Positions 16,521 through 27,167 of a stretch of DNA of 64,000 nt are shown piece by piece. The position numbers and the translations under genes were made by a program. Source of the stretch: Candidatus Nomurabacteria bacterium RIFCSPHIGHO2_12_FULL_42_19 (GTDB lineage: Bacteria; Patescibacteriota; Minisyncoccia; Phycocordibacterales; UBA9973); NCBI GenBank assembly GCA_001786955.1, contig MFUM01000004.1, positions 4,457 through 68,456 on the forward strand. The letters run 5' to 3'. Every line of letters starts with the position of its first letter. Within the stretch, counting starts at the first letter, position 1. The notes beneath the pieces are model-generated. The model was not told the origin of the DNA and made no database searches. It saw only the letters and a program-made list of their open reading frames with translations.

Positions 16521-19500
16521 TTATTCTTTTTTAGAAACAACTTCTCTATTTTTAAATCCGGTTCCGGCCGGAATCAGTCGTCCAATAATGACATTTTCTT
16601 TAAGCCCCCGCAGAAAATCCACTCCGCCTTTAATGGCATTTTCAATCAGGACGCGATTGGTGTTTTGGAATGAAGCGGCCGAGAGCCAGCTCTTGGTGCG
16701 GAGTGATACTTCGGTAATGCCGAGCACTACTGTTTCGGCTTTTGCTTCTTTTCCGTTTAAGTCGGCGACTCTTTGATTTTCTTCTATAAAGGCCGTATTC
16801 TCAACGATATCGCCGATTGAAAAATTAGTTTCACCTGCATCTTTTATTTTTCGCCGAGAAAACATCTGACGAATAATTATTTCCGTATGCTTTCTGGATA
16901 TTGAGGCACTTTGAAGCTCATAAACTTTGTTTATTTCAGTAATGATATATTCTTCAACCAATTCTTTATTGCCCAATTTAAACATTTCGGCAATATCGGC
17001 CGATCCATCGGTCAAAAGCTGTCCTTTTTTTACCTGCTCCCCTATTTTTACGATTGGCATTCTACGGAAAGCCACAGTGTATTCCATCTCGTTTTTCTTG
17101 CCGTCAACCTTGCTGTCAGATAGAATTTTAATTATTTTCTCTTTCCCGTCTTTAGCTTTGATTTCTATTATCTCGCCATCGGTCTCGGAAATAACTGCGG
17201 GATTTTTTGGAATCCTTCTTTCAAATATTTCCTCAACACGCGGCAGACCGGTCGTGATATCGGTTCCCGCCACGCCTCCGGCATGAAAGGTGCGAAGCGT
17301 AAGCTGCGTGCCGGGCTCACCGATAGCTTGAGCCGCGATAATGCCGACAGCCTCGCCTTGTTCCACCAGATGATTGCGCCCCAAATCAAGCCCGTAACAC
17401 ATCACGCAAAGACCGTGCACCGTTTTGCACGTAAGCGGAGAACGGACGAATACTTCCGCAAAACCCGCTCCTTCAATATTGTATGCTTCTTCTTTGGTAA
17501 TCAAAAATCCTTTCTTGTAGATGACCTTGCCGTTTTTGTCTTTAAGGTCGCCTGCGAGTATGCGTCCCCGGATGTTTTTTGAAAGCGGAATTTCAATTCC
17601 GGAAATATTTTCCCTGGTAACTATTTTTCCTTCTTTCGTGCCGCAATCCTCTTCGGTAATCACAACATCCTGCGCCACATCCACCAATCTTCGAGTCAAA
17701 TACCCGGCTTTCGCGGTGTTAAGCGCCGTGTCGGAAGCGCCTTTTCTGGCGCCATGAGTGATAACGAAATATTCAATCGGGGAAAGTCCTTCTTGATAGC
17801 AAGGAATAATCGGAAATTCCAGTGTCTTGCCCTGGTTATTTTGAATAAGACCAATCATGCCTATCATTTGTACTAGAGAACTCATCGTACCGCGGGCTCC
17901 GGAAGTAACCAAGTCAAAGGTAGAGCCATTCTGGTCAAGAGTGCCTGGCAGGACTTTTTCCAAATCTCTCTTGGTATGGGTCCAGATTTCAATAATTTTC
18001 TGGTATTTTTCTTCTTCGGAAAGCAAACCTTCGCTCCATTGGGCCAATACTGCTTCTTCCAGTTTTTTACCTTGTTCTATAATCTTCGGCTTTAAGGGAG
18101 AAACCTCCACATTGTCCAATCCCCAAGTAGTGCCGGAAACTGTCGAGTATTTGAAGCCGAATTCCTTGATTTTATCCAGAATAGGAGGAGTATTGTCCAC
18201 GCCGCAGTGTATGATAAGCTCGTCCAAGAGCGAGGATAATCTTTTTTGGTTCATTTCATCGTTCACGTAGGTAAAATCGTTAGGCAAAATGCTGTTGAAA
18301 AGAAGTTTCCCCACAGAGGTCTCAAAAATTCCCCCGTCAAACTTTCTATATTTGTGCGTATCGGTCGCGAGAACTTTTATTTTGGCGCGCAGAGACACAA
18401 CTCCGTAATCATGGGCGGTAATAGCGGTATTCGGACTGGAAAAATATTTTCCTTCTCCTTTTTCCCCATCGACAGATTTGGTCATCCAATAAGCCCCTAG
18501 GACAATATCCCGGCTTGAATGTACTATCGGGTCTCCATTTTGCGGCTTGAGCAGGTTTTTATTGGCTGCCATTAATTCTCTGGCTTCCCATTGCGCTTCC
18601 TCAAGAAGCGGAACATAGACAGCCATCTGGTCTCCATCGAAGTCAGCGTTGAAAGCCTGGCAAACCAGGGGATGCACCTGAATAGCGTTGCCTTCAATTA
18701 AAATCGGATTAAAAGCCTGAATACCCAAGCGATGCAGGGTCGGCGCGCGGTTGAGCAGCACATATTTTCCCTGAATGACTTCTTCCAACATCGCCCAGAC
18801 TTCTCCGGTCCTCTCTTCTATAAGCTTGTTGGCTCCGCGGATATTGAATGCAAGTTCCGCCTGTAGAATTTTTGAAATTACGAATGGCCGGAAAAGCTCG
18901 AGCGCCATATGCTTCGGCAATCCGCATTGGTTGAGCTTGAGCTGGGGACCGACGACGATAACCGAGCGTCCCGAATAGTCTACGCGCTTTCCCAGCAAAT
19001 TCTGGCGAAAGAGGCCTTGTTTTGACTTTAGATTATCCGACAGGGATTTCAAGGGGCGTTTTTGGGACTGACTCATCGCCGCCGAATCGTTCTGCTTGGC
19101 AATCGAGTTGTCAATCAATGCGTCAACGGCTTCCTGAATGATTCTTTTTTCGTTTCGTAAAATTACATCCGGGGCATTAATTTCTTTCAATTTTTTCAAG
19201 CGATTGTTTCTATTTATCACCCGGCGATAAAGATCGTTCAAATCGGAAGTTGCGTGCCTGCCCCCGTCGAGAGCCACCATCGGGCGAAGTACCGGCGGAA
19301 TAACCGGAATAACCGTTAGAAACATCCATTCCGGCCTGATTCCCGCGTAAGTCATCGCGCGGATAAGGGAGAGCCTTTTTTGCAGTTTTTCTTTTTCAGC
19401 CGCGCTCGCTTTTTCCGCCATCTTCTCCGTGAGATGTTTTAATTTGTTTAAATCAAGATTCTTAAAAATAGAATAAATCGCCTCGGCACCGATATTGGCT

Positions 19501-20129
19501 TCAAAACAAGTACCGTATTTCAAAGAGTAATGATGGAAGGAAATTTCGTTCAATACTTTACCTTCGTAAATTTCTCCGATTTCTTTCTTGGTGATGGAAA
19601 GCAAAGTTTTCAGCTTCTCGCGGATGTCGTCATCAGCCGAATTTTTTAATTTGGTTTTATATTCCTTGTCCAGACCCGACAGAATATTTTCTTTTTCCTC
19701 TTCGTGAACCTTGGTAATGATATATCCGGCAAAATAGATTACTTTTTCAAGATCGGAAACGGAAATATTCAGGAGAATGCTCATGCGGGAAGGCACTCCG
19801 CGCAGAAACCAAATATGCGAGACCGGAGTGGAGAGCTCAATGTGTCCCATGCGCTCCCGGCGCACGATAGAGCGCGTAACTTCGACTCCGCATTTTTCGC
19901 AAATGATGTCTTTGTAGCGAATTCGGCGGTATTTTCCGCAGTAACATTCATAATCTTTTTCCGGTCCGAAGATTTTCTCATCAAAAAGGCCTCCGCGCTC
20001 GGACCGTCCGGTGCGGTAATTTATTGTTTCCGGTTTGGTAACTTCCCCAAAAGACCATTCTTTTATCTGCTCCGGAGACGCGAGCCGGAGCGCGATGCGG
20101 TCAAATTCAGTTGTGTTGAGAGTTTTCAT
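16521..20129 (-). CDS. rpoC: DNA-directed RNA polymerase subunit beta'
   Basis: 1202 aa. Contains the zinc-binding N-terminus and [14 protein letters not shown]. Confidence 0.97.
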   Translation of the reverse strand: MKTLNTTEFDRIALRLASPEQIKEWSFGEVTKPETINYRTGRSERGGLFDEKIFGPEKDYECYCGKYRRIRYKDIICEKCGVEVTRSIVRRERMGHIELSTPVSHIWFLRGVPSRMSILLNISVSDLEKVIYFAGYIITKVHEEEKENILSGLDKEYKTKLKNSADDDIREKLKTLLSITKKEIGEIYEGKVLNEISFHHYSLKYGTCFEANIGAEAIYSIFKNLDLNKLKHLTEKMAEKASAAEKEKLQKRLSLIRAMTYAGIRPEWMFLTVIPVIPPVLRPMVALDGGRHATSDLNDLYRRVINRNNRLKKLKEINAPDVILRNEKRIIQEAVDALIDNSIAKQNDSAAMSQSQKRPLKSLSDNLKSKQGLFRQNLLGKRVDYSGRSVIVVGPQLKLNQCGLPKHMALELFRPFVISKILQAELAFNIRGANKLIEERTGEVWAMLEEVIQGKYVLLNRAPTLHRLGIQAFNPILIEGNAIQVHPLVCQAFNADFDGDQMAVYVPLLEEAQWEARELMAANKNLLKPQNGDPIVHSSRDIVLGAYWMTKSVDGEKGEGKYFSSPNTAITAHDYGVVSLRAKIKVLATDTHKYRKFDGGIFETSVGKLLFNSILPNDFTYVNDEMNQKRLSSLLDELIIHCGVDNTPPILDKIKEFGFKYSTVSGTTWGLDNVEVSPLKPKIIEQGKKLEEAVLAQWSEGLLSEEEKYQKIIEIWTHTKRDLEKVLPGTLDQNGSTFDLVTSGARGTMSSLVQMIGMIGLIQNNQGKTLEFPIIPCYQEGLSPIEYFVITHGARKGASDTALNTAKAGYLTRRLVDVAQDVVITEEDCGTKEGKIVTRENISGIEIPLSKNIRGRILAGDLKDKNGKVIYKKGFLITKEEAYNIEGAGFAEVFVRSPLTCKTVHGLCVMCYGLDLGRNHLVEQGEAVGIIAAQAIGEPGTQLTLRTFHAGGVAGTDITTGLPRVEEIFERRIPKNPAVISETDGEIIEIKAKDGKEKIIKILSDSKVDGKKNEMEYTVAFRRMPIVKIGEQVKKGQLLTDGSADIAEMFKLGNKELVEEYIITEINKVYELQSASISRKHTEIIIRQMFSRRKIKDAGETNFSIGDIVENTAFIEENQRVADLNGKEAKAETVVLGITEVSLRTKSWLSAASFQNTNRVLIENAIKGGVDFLRGLKENVIIGRLIPAGTGFKNREVVSKKE

Positions 20130-20135
20130 ATTTTT

Positions 20136-23100
20136 TTATTTATCTCCGGATTTTTTTAAATCGACATCAAGCGCAAGACCTCGCAGATAATTCAAGAGCA
20201 CATTGAAGGACGCGGGAGAATTTGGCGGCCTAATTTTTTCATTTTTGATAATGGAATCAAATGTCTGAGAACGGCCTAAGATATCGTCGGATTTGATGGT
20301 AAGCATTTCGCGCAAAGTATAAGCCGCGCCATAGCCTTCAAGCGCCCAGACTTCCATTTCTCCGAATCTCTGTCCCCCGCCCTGAGCTTTTCCGCCCAAA
20401 GGCTGCTGAGTAATAAGCGAATAAGGTCCGATGGAACGCATGTGAATCTTGTCTTCCACCATGTGGTGCAATTTGAGCATATACATATAGCCCACAGCCA
20501 CATCCTGCTGGAAAGCCTCTCCGGTACGGCCGTCAAAAAGTTTTAATTTCCCATTCTCCGGCAACCCGGCTTTAATCAATTCTTCTTTTATTTCTTCATG
20601 CCGCGCCCCCAAGAATGGCGGAACAATAGCCTGATAGCCGAGACTGTTGGCAGCCATGCCTAAGTGCATTTCCAAAATCTGCCCCAAATTCATGCGGGAA
20701 GGAACGCCGAGTGGAGTCAGGATAATATCAATCGGGGTTCCGTCTTCCGCGTAAGGCATGTCTTCTTCGGGAAGAATGGTTGAAATGACTCCTTTATTCC
20801 CGTGCCTTCCGGAAAGCTTGTCCCCGACTGAAATATTCCTGATCTGCGCGACTTCAACCACGATTTTTTTGATGATTCCGGCTTCAAGCGCATGCCCTAA
20901 ATCACGGGAGAAAATCTTTACGCCAATAATGCGCCCGCGCTTGCCATGTTCCATACGGAGCGACGTATCTTTCACGTCGCGCGCTTTCTCGGCAAAAATT
21001 GAACGAAGGAGCCGCTCTTCCGGGGTAAGCTCGGTCTCGCCTTTGGGGGTAATCTTGCCAACCAAAATATCATTTTCCCGGACTTCCGCGCCGATGCGGA
21101 CAATGCCGTCTTCGTCGAGATCTTTCAATTTTAATTCGCCGACATTCGGTATGTCGCGGGTGGTTATTTCGGGCCCGAGCTTGGTATCGCGGACCACGCA
21201 GGTAAATTCTTCAACATAAACGGAAGTGAATTTGCTATTTTTAACCAGGCGCTCGGAAACAATTATCGCGTCTTCGTAGTTGGATCCGGACCAGGACAAA
21301 AAAGCCACAAAAATATTTTGCCCGAGAGAAATCTGCCCATTTACCGTGCTGCTGGTATCTGCCAATATATCGCCTTTCTTCACTTTATCGCCTACGTTCG
21401 GGAGTGGGCGTTGATGAAAGACTGCAAAATTGTTATTTCTCAGAAAATTAATCAAGTTGTAAATTTTTTCTGTTTTTCCCTTGACGACTATTTTTTTTGC
21501 ATCTAAATAAGAAACAACCCCGTCTTCCAGGCAGATAACCAGCCGGCCTGAATCGCGCGAGGCCGATTCTTCAACGCCGGTTGCTACAAGTGGAGCCTCC
21601 GGAAGAACGCAGGGCACAGCCTGTTTCTGCATATTGGATCCCATCAGGGCACGGTTCGCGTTATTGTGTTCTAGAAATGGAATCATTGAGGTCGCGATAG
21701 AGAAAGCCTGGTTGGGGGCAACGTCGATAAAATCAATCTGGTCGCGGGAAACTCGTCCTGGTTCGGTTTTAATTCTGGCTTCCACTTTTTCCTCGGTTAT
21801 TTTCCCATTTTCGTCATAAGGAATTCCGGCGTGCGCGATGTTGTACTTTTCTTCTTCCAGCGCGTTCAAATACACAATCTCGCTGGTAATCTTCCCGTTT
21901 TTAACTTTTGCATAAGGGGTTTCAATAATTCCGAAATCATTTATTTTGGCATAGGTGGAAAGATGAAGAATAAGCCCGATGTTCGGGCCTTCCGGAGTAT
22001 GAATCGGACAGACTCTTCCGTAGTGCGAAGGATGCACATCGCGCACCTCCAGTCCGGCGCGCTCACGAGTAAGACCTCCGGGTCCCAGGGCGGAGAGAGT
22101 GCGCAAATGCTCTATTTCATAAAGTACATTTTCCTGCGCCATGAATTGCGAAAGCTGGTTAGTGGTAAAAAATTCCTTGATGCGGGCCTGTAGCGGCCGC
22201 TGGTTGATAATCTGAATCGGCATTGCCGTGTCAACGTCAATAATGGACATGCGGTCTTGAATATTCCTTTTAATCTGCATCATGCCGGTGCGCACTTTTT
22301 GCTGAAGTATTTCTCCGACAAAACGCACGCGTCTCTGGCCTAAATGATCTATGTCGTCGGCTTTTGCTCCGGGAGTATTGTTTAAAATAATGATATTAGA
22401 AATTACGGTCACTAAATCTTCCTTGGAAATAGTTCGGCGGGCGAGTTCCATTTCGTCCATCGATTTTAGAAAACGCTGATTAAATCTGAACCGTCCAACC
22501 GGGGAAAGGTCATAACGTTCCGCGGTAAACAAGGAATTGATAAATTCTTTGGCATTGTCAGCGGTTGCCATGTCGCCGTCCCGGAGACGCTTGTAGATTT
22601 CAATATATGCATCATTCAAGCTTCCTTCTTTATCTTTGGAAAGAGAATCTTTAATAGTTTTTTCCGCAACAGAATTTTTCTCAAATGCTTTTAGAATCAT
22701 TTCGTTCGTTTCATAACCCATAGTGCGCAAAAACGTTGTCGCAGGAAATTTTCTCTTTTTGTCTATTCTTATATAAATTCCCCCATCCGCTTCCGATTCT
22801 ATTTCAATCCAAACTCCGCGAGCCGGAATAATTTTTGCGCCGAAATATTTTTGACCCTTGCTTTCAGATTCGGTGAAAAAAACTCCGAAGGACCGTGCGA
22901 GTTGCGGCACGATAACGCGCTCTACTCCGTTTATAATGAAAGTCCCGTGCGAAGTCATCAAAGGAAGCTCTGACATGAAAATCTCCTGCTCTTTAACAGT
23001 ACCTAAAATTTTATTGGTCAGTCGGACCCGCGCTTTAAGCAATCCTTGATGGGAAAGCTTGTTTATTTTAGAATTATTTTCGTCGGATTTGGACTCACTA

Positions 23101-23318
23101 AGAGAAAAAGAAGTGAATTCCAGTTGAAACTTTTTTCCGGAGTAATCTGCGATTGGAGAAAATTCTTTAAAAACTTCCCCGATACCCTGTTCAATCAGCC
23201 ATTTGAAACTTTTTAACTGAGCTTCAATCAAATTCGGAAATTCCACCAAGGGTTTTTTGTATCTGGAAAAGTACTTTTTGGGACGCTTTGTTTCTACGTG
23301 CATATTGATTGAGTCCAA
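20136..23318 (-). CDS. rpoB: DNA-directed RNA polymerase subunit beta
   Basis: 1060 aa. Contains GEMEVWALEGYGAAYTLREMLTIKSDD and other beta-subunit motifs. Confidence 0.97.
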   Translation of the reverse strand: MDSINMHVETKRPKKYFSRYKKPLVEFPNLIEAQLKSFKWLIEQGIGEVFKEFSPIADYSGKKFQLEFTSFSLSESKSDENNSKINKLSHQGLLKARVRLTNKILGTVKEQEIFMSELPLMTSHGTFIINGVERVIVPQLARSFGVFFTESESKGQKYFGAKIIPARGVWIEIESEADGGIYIRIDKKRKFPATTFLRTMGYETNEMILKAFEKNSVAEKTIKDSLSKDKEGSLNDAYIEIYKRLRDGDMATADNAKEFINSLFTAERYDLSPVGRFRFNQRFLKSMDEMELARRTISKEDLVTVISNIIILNNTPGAKADDIDHLGQRRVRFVGEILQQKVRTGMMQIKRNIQDRMSIIDVDTAMPIQIINQRPLQARIKEFFTTNQLSQFMAQENVLYEIEHLRTLSALGPGGLTRERAGLEVRDVHPSHYGRVCPIHTPEGPNIGLILHLSTYAKINDFGIIETPYAKVKNGKITSEIVYLNALEEEKYNIAHAGIPYDENGKITEEKVEARIKTEPGRVSRDQIDFIDVAPNQAFSIATSMIPFLEHNNANRALMGSNMQKQAVPCVLPEAPLVATGVEESASRDSGRLVICLEDGVVSYLDAKKIVVKGKTEKIYNLINFLRNNNFAVFHQRPLPNVGDKVKKGDILADTSSTVNGQISLGQNIFVAFLSWSGSNYEDAIIVSERLVKNSKFTSVYVEEFTCVVRDTKLGPEITTRDIPNVGELKLKDLDEDGIVRIGAEVRENDILVGKITPKGETELTPEERLLRSIFAEKARDVKDTSLRMEHGKRGRIIGVKIFSRDLGHALEAGIIKKIVVEVAQIRNISVGDKLSGRHGNKGVISTILPEEDMPYAEDGTPIDIILTPLGVPSRMNLGQILEMHLGMAANSLGYQAIVPPFLGARHEEIKEELIKAGLPENGKLKLFDGRTGEAFQQDVAVGYMYMLKLHHMVEDKIHMRSIGPYSLITQQPLGGKAQGGGQRFGEMEVWALEGYGAAYTLREMLTIKSDDILGRSQTFDSIIKNEKIRPPNSPASFNVLLNYLRGLALDVDLKKSGDK

Positions 23319-23501
23319 ATAAAAGAAAATAAACGAAAGAAAAACATACGAGGAAATGCTTTTCTCTAGCTTCTTTAGATTTATTTAGATATGATTAAGT
23401 TAAAACCTTGTAATATATACACAGGATTGCATCCGATACTCAATCAATGAATCTCAGCCACCTTACTCCTTTTCAACTTTTTTGTCAACTAAAACTGGGG
23501 A

Positions 23502-24236
23502 TTATCTATTTTTCTTCCATTCCTCTATTTTTTTGTGGTTTCCAGAGAGTAAAACTTTCGGAACTTTGTAATTTTTATTCTTATATTTTAAAACTTCCGG
23601 GCGGGTGTAAACTTCACTACTAGAGACTCGTTCTTCTTCTAGTGATTCATATTTACCCAAAACCCTGGGAATCTGGCGAGAAATTGAGTCTATTAAAACC
23701 ATCGCCGGTAATTCGCCTCCGGTTAAGACATAATCCCCTATTGAAATATCTTCTGCCTTAAATATCTTTTTGACCCGCATATCTATGCCTTCATAACGGC
23801 CGGAAATCAAAATAATATCGGTGTATTTTTTTACGGAATTTTTTGCATATGCCGTATTAAATTTTTTACCGGATGGAGAAAAATTTATTATTTTAATTCT
23901 AGAGCGTTTAGAAAGTGTTCTTGCGAATGGTTGACGTTGCGTAGTAGGAAATCCTGAGCGAGAACACTTTCTAAGAGCGTATTCAATAGCCTTTAGCATC
24001 GGCTCGGCTCTCATCACCATTCCCGGCCCTCCGCCGTAAGGCTTATCATCTACCGGGCGATACCCATTGTCTTTAACCCTCCTCCGCTTAAAAGCTTCGG
24101 ACGGGCGAGTAAAATCCCGCGGATTGTAAAATTTCACTTCTATCAGCTTGTTCTTCAGAGCCCGTCCGACAATAGACTCATTTAGGTATGAACTGAACAT
24201 TTCTGGGAATATGGTAATAATGTGAAATTTAATCAT
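23502..24236 (-). CDS. trmD: tRNA (guanine37-N1)-methyltransferase
   Basis: 244 aa. Starts MIKFHIITIFPEMF and contains YGGGPGMVM. Confidence 0.9.
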   Translation of the reverse strand: MIKFHIITIFPEMFSSYLNESIVGRALKNKLIEVKFYNPRDFTRPSEAFKRRRVKDNGYRPVDDKPYGGGPGMVMRAEPMLKAIEYALRKCSRSGFPTTQRQPFARTLSKRSRIKIINFSPSGKKFNTAYAKNSVKKYTDIILISGRYEGIDMRVKKIFKAEDISIGDYVLTGGELPAMVLIDSISRQIPRVLGKYESLEEERVSSSEVYTRPEVLKYKNKNYKVPKVLLSGNHKKIEEWKKNR

Positions 24237-24312
24237 AAAAAATTGCTTTGCCCGTCCGTAGCTTTAGCGAAGGAGGGTAATTATATGAAAACGCATTTTT
24301 ATATTATATTAC

Positions 24313-24342
24313 AAAACCCCGCTTTAGGCGGGGTTTTGTTTC
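24313..24342 (-). terminator. Intrinsic terminator (AAAACCCCGC-TTTA-GGCGGGGTTTT) after the KH gene
   Basis: Nearly identical to the hairpin at 603..628. Confidence 0.55.
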
Positions 24343-24347
24343 AAAAA

Positions 24348-24689
24348 CTAGATTCCCTTAAGGTCTTCCATTGCTTGGTCCACAGTCTTGAGCGTTGGGG
24401 CGGAACTCATTGATCCCGCGGGTCTCTCGGGTCTCATACTCCCCGCCGGTTCGTTGATTTTCAGATTCACACGGGCATTGTTCTTCATGCCAATAATGCG
24501 GAGCAAGGTGCGGATAGCCTTCGCAGTATTACCCATCCTTCCGATAATCTTGCCCATGTCGGCAGGATTTACGGTAAGACTGATGAGCACACCCATTTCA
24601 TCCACCGTGCGATCGATTTTTACATCGTTCGGATTGTCTACGAGAGCTTTTACTACATACTCTAGAAATATCTTGTCGGCTTCTTCCAT
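24348..24689 (-). CDS. KH-domain RNA-binding protein (YlqC-like, as found in rpsP-rimM-trmD operons)
   Basis: 113 aa. KH GxxG loop IGRMGNTAKAIR. C-terminal duplicated motif EPAGSM / RPAGSM encoded by GC-rich DNA. Confidence 0.8.
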   Translation of the reverse strand: MEEADKIFLEYVVKALVDNPNDVKIDRTVDEMGVLISLTVNPADMGKIIGRMGNTAKAIRTLLRIIGMKNNARVNLKINEPAGSMRPERPAGSMSSAPTLKTVDQAMEDLKGI

Positions 24690-24771
24690 ATGTGTTTCAG
24701 AATTTTATATTTTTAATCTAACTTTGCAGTGTTACGACCTGACATGCTGCCATACCTGTAATTATACGAAA

Positions 24772-25080
24772 TTATTTTTTCATTTTCAACTCCTTTCTCT
24801 TTAGTGTCGGCTTCTTTTTCGGCAGCACATTAACTTTTTTCCCTTCAATGACCTTGTCGTGCACCAAGAAATTATGCATCGTGTCAGAACATTTCGCGCC
24901 TTGGGAAATCCAATACTTTATCCGGTCAGCTATCAAGTTTTTCTCCCCGGCTTTTGGATTATAGGTGCCGAGTATTTCCAAAAACTTTCCACTCTTGGTG
25001 CTATTTTTTGAATCGGTCAAAACAGCCCGAAATGACGGATCATTTTTCCTGCCTATTCTCTGAAGCCTTATCTTTAACAT
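24772..25080 (-). CDS. rpsP: 30S ribosomal protein S16
   Basis: MLKIRLQRIGRKNDPSFRAVLTDS. Confidence 0.9.
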   Translation of the reverse strand: MLKIRLQRIGRKNDPSFRAVLTDSKNSTKSGKFLEILGTYNPKAGEKNLIADRIKYWISQGAKCSDTMHNFLVHDKVIEGKKVNVLPKKKPTLKRKELKMKK

Positions 25081-25145
25081 GCAGTGAGTCTAACATAAAT
25101 TATATAAAATGCAATCCGCCCCTATTTTATGCTATATTTAAAAGA

Positions 25146-27167
25146 ATGAAGGAATCTAAAAACAAATTGCAAGGTATTATTTCCATCTCTTCAAAAGGCA
25201 CAGGCTATGTGGCAACCGGAGAAGTGAAGAATAAGGGCCAGGACCCGGAAATTGATTTCCAGCATTTAAATACCGCCCTGCACGGAGATATGGTAGAGAT
25301 AATCTTGCACCCGAAAGGTAAAAATCGCCAAACTGCTGAAGTTTCAAAAATAATATCGCGCGCAAAAATGAATTTCGCGGGAGTTCTGGAAGAAGAAAAC
25401 AAAATGTTCTTCCTGAAACCGGACGATACAAAAATGTATACAGATATTCTAATCCCAACCAAGTTTTTAAATAATGCGAAAGTTGGACAAAAGGTTTTTG
25501 TGGAAATAATTTCATGGAAAGATCCCCACAAGGCTCCGGAAGGAAAAGTAATAAAAGTTTTAGGCCGTCCGGGAGACAATGATACTGAAATGGAAAGTAT
25601 TGCGATAGAAAAAGGCTTTGATGCGAAACTTCCGCATAAAGTGGAAGAAGAAGCAAGGAAAATAAAGCAAAACGGCATTAAAGAAACCGACTATGCCGGA
25701 CGCAGAGATTTTCGCAAAACCCTGACCTTCACTATTGACCCCTCGGATGCGAAAGATTTTGATGATGCGATATCTTTCAGATTCCTCCCCTCCTTAAATA
25801 AGGAGGGGGCAGGGGGTGGTAATTCAAAAGACCACCCCGCCTCCGGCACCCCTCCTAAAAAAGGAGGGGAAGAGCAATATGAAGTCGGCATACACATCGC
25901 CGATGTCTCGCATTATGTAAAAATCGGCAGTGCTTTAGATGAAGAAGCGCGAGAAAGAGGAACTTCGGTATATTTGGTAGATAGGACGATACCAATGCTG
26001 CCGGAAACGCTTTCTAATGATTTGTGCTCTCTGGTGCCAAATAAAGACCGGCTTACTATGAGCGCAGTATTTATCATAGATAAAAATGCTCATGTAAAAA
26101 GCAAATGGTTCGGGCGCACGGTTATACATTCAAAAAAAAGATTTACTTACGAAGAAGCCGAGGAGTTAATAAAAAAATCCGCTGCGCCGTTCCATAAAGA
26201 ACTTTTTATCTTGAACAGCTTGGCAAAAAAATTAACCGGGGAAAGATTTGCGCAGGGCGCAATATCGCTTGACCAGGAAGAAGTAAAATTTGTTTTGGAT
26301 AAAAATGGAGTGCCGTTGAAAGTAATAAAAAAAGAGCGCGGCGATTCAAACAGGCTGATTGAGGAATTTATGCTCCTGGCAAATAAAAAAGTGGCGGAGG
26401 TCTTGTCTCCAAAAAATATAAAGGGTGTGAAAGATGAAGGCGTATCCATATACCGAGTGCACGATCTGCCGAGTAAGGAAAAAATGGCCGATCTGGCGTT
26501 TTTTTTGCGAAGTTTGGGACATAGAGTCTCCTTGCAGAACGGCCTTATCCCGACATATGAAATAAATAAGCTTCTAGAGAGTTTGGCCGGCAAAAATGAA
26601 GAAGATACGGTGCATCGCGCAGTTATCCGTTCTATGGCTAAAGCGCTTTATTCCACCAAAAATATCGGGCATTACGGTCTGGCTTTTCAATATTATACTC
26701 ACTTCACTTCCCCGATTAGGCGCTATCCGGACATCATGGTGCACAGACTTCTGGAAAAATTCCTCTCTGGCAAAAAAATAAAAAAGGAGGATTTAAAAGA
26801 GAAATTAATCGAATATGAAAAAATCGCCCTAAATGCATCCGAACAGGAAAAACGCGCCGCAGATGCCGAACGAGCTTCCATAAAATATAAACAAGTGGAA
26901 TATATGTCCAGATATCTGGGAAAAAGCTTCGACGGGGTAATCAGCGGGATAACCGAGTGGGGCATGTATGTGGAAGAACTAGAGACAAAATGCGAAGGTT
27001 TGGTGCGGGTACGTGATATGAATGACGATTTTTATATTTTCAATGAAAAAAAATTGGAATTAACCGGACAAAAAAAGAAAAAAAAGTACAGGCTCGGCGG
27101 CCGTGTCAAAATAAAAGTAAAATCGGTTGATTTGGAGAGAAAAACGATAGATTATATATTGACATGA
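25146..27167 (+). CDS. rnr: Ribonuclease R (RNB family 3'-5' exoribonuclease with a C-terminal S1 domain)
   Basis: RNB motifs DPSDAKDFDDAISF and HIADVSHYV, plus HYGLAFQYYTHFTSPIRRYPD. Start taken at 25146 (MKESKN...) because the ORF track's 24954 overlaps rpsP. It carries an 88-nt GC-rich in-frame element. Confidence 0.9.
   Translation: MKESKNKLQGIISISSKGTGYVATGEVKNKGQDPEIDFQHLNTALHGDMVEIILHPKGKNRQTAEVSKIISRAKMNFAGVLEEENKMFFLKPDDTKMYTDILIPTKFLNNAKVGQKVFVEIISWKDPHKAPEGKVIKVLGRPGDNDTEMESIAIEKGFDAKLPHKVEEEARKIKQNGIKETDYAGRRDFRKTLTFTIDPSDAKDFDDAISFRFLPSLNKEGAGGGNSKDHPASGTPPKKGGEEQYEVGIHIADVSHYVKIGSALDEEARERGTSVYLVDRTIPMLPETLSNDLCSLVPNKDRLTMSAVFIIDKNAHVKSKWFGRTVIHSKKRFTYEEAEELIKKSAAPFHKELFILNSLAKKLTGERFAQGAISLDQEEVKFVLDKNGVPLKVIKKERGDSNRLIEEFMLLANKKVAEVLSPKNIKGVKDEGVSIYRVHDLPSKEKMADLAFFLRSLGHRVSLQNGLIPTYEINKLLESLAGKNEEDTVHRAVIRSMAKALYSTKNIGHYGLAFQYYTHFTSPIRRYPDIMVHRLLEKFLSGKKIKKEDLKEKLIEYEKIALNASEQEKRAADAERASIKYKQVEYMSRYLGKSFDGVISGITEWGMYVEELETKCEGLVRVRDMNDDFYIFNEKKLELTGQKKKKKYRLGGRVKIKVKSVDLERKTIDYILT

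Noticed and set aside
16521-23318. Numerous 60 to 150-aa ORFs on the opposite strand within rpoC and rpoB
   Set aside because: They are embedded antisense in highly conserved RNA polymerase genes, with no independent start or stop context or promoter.
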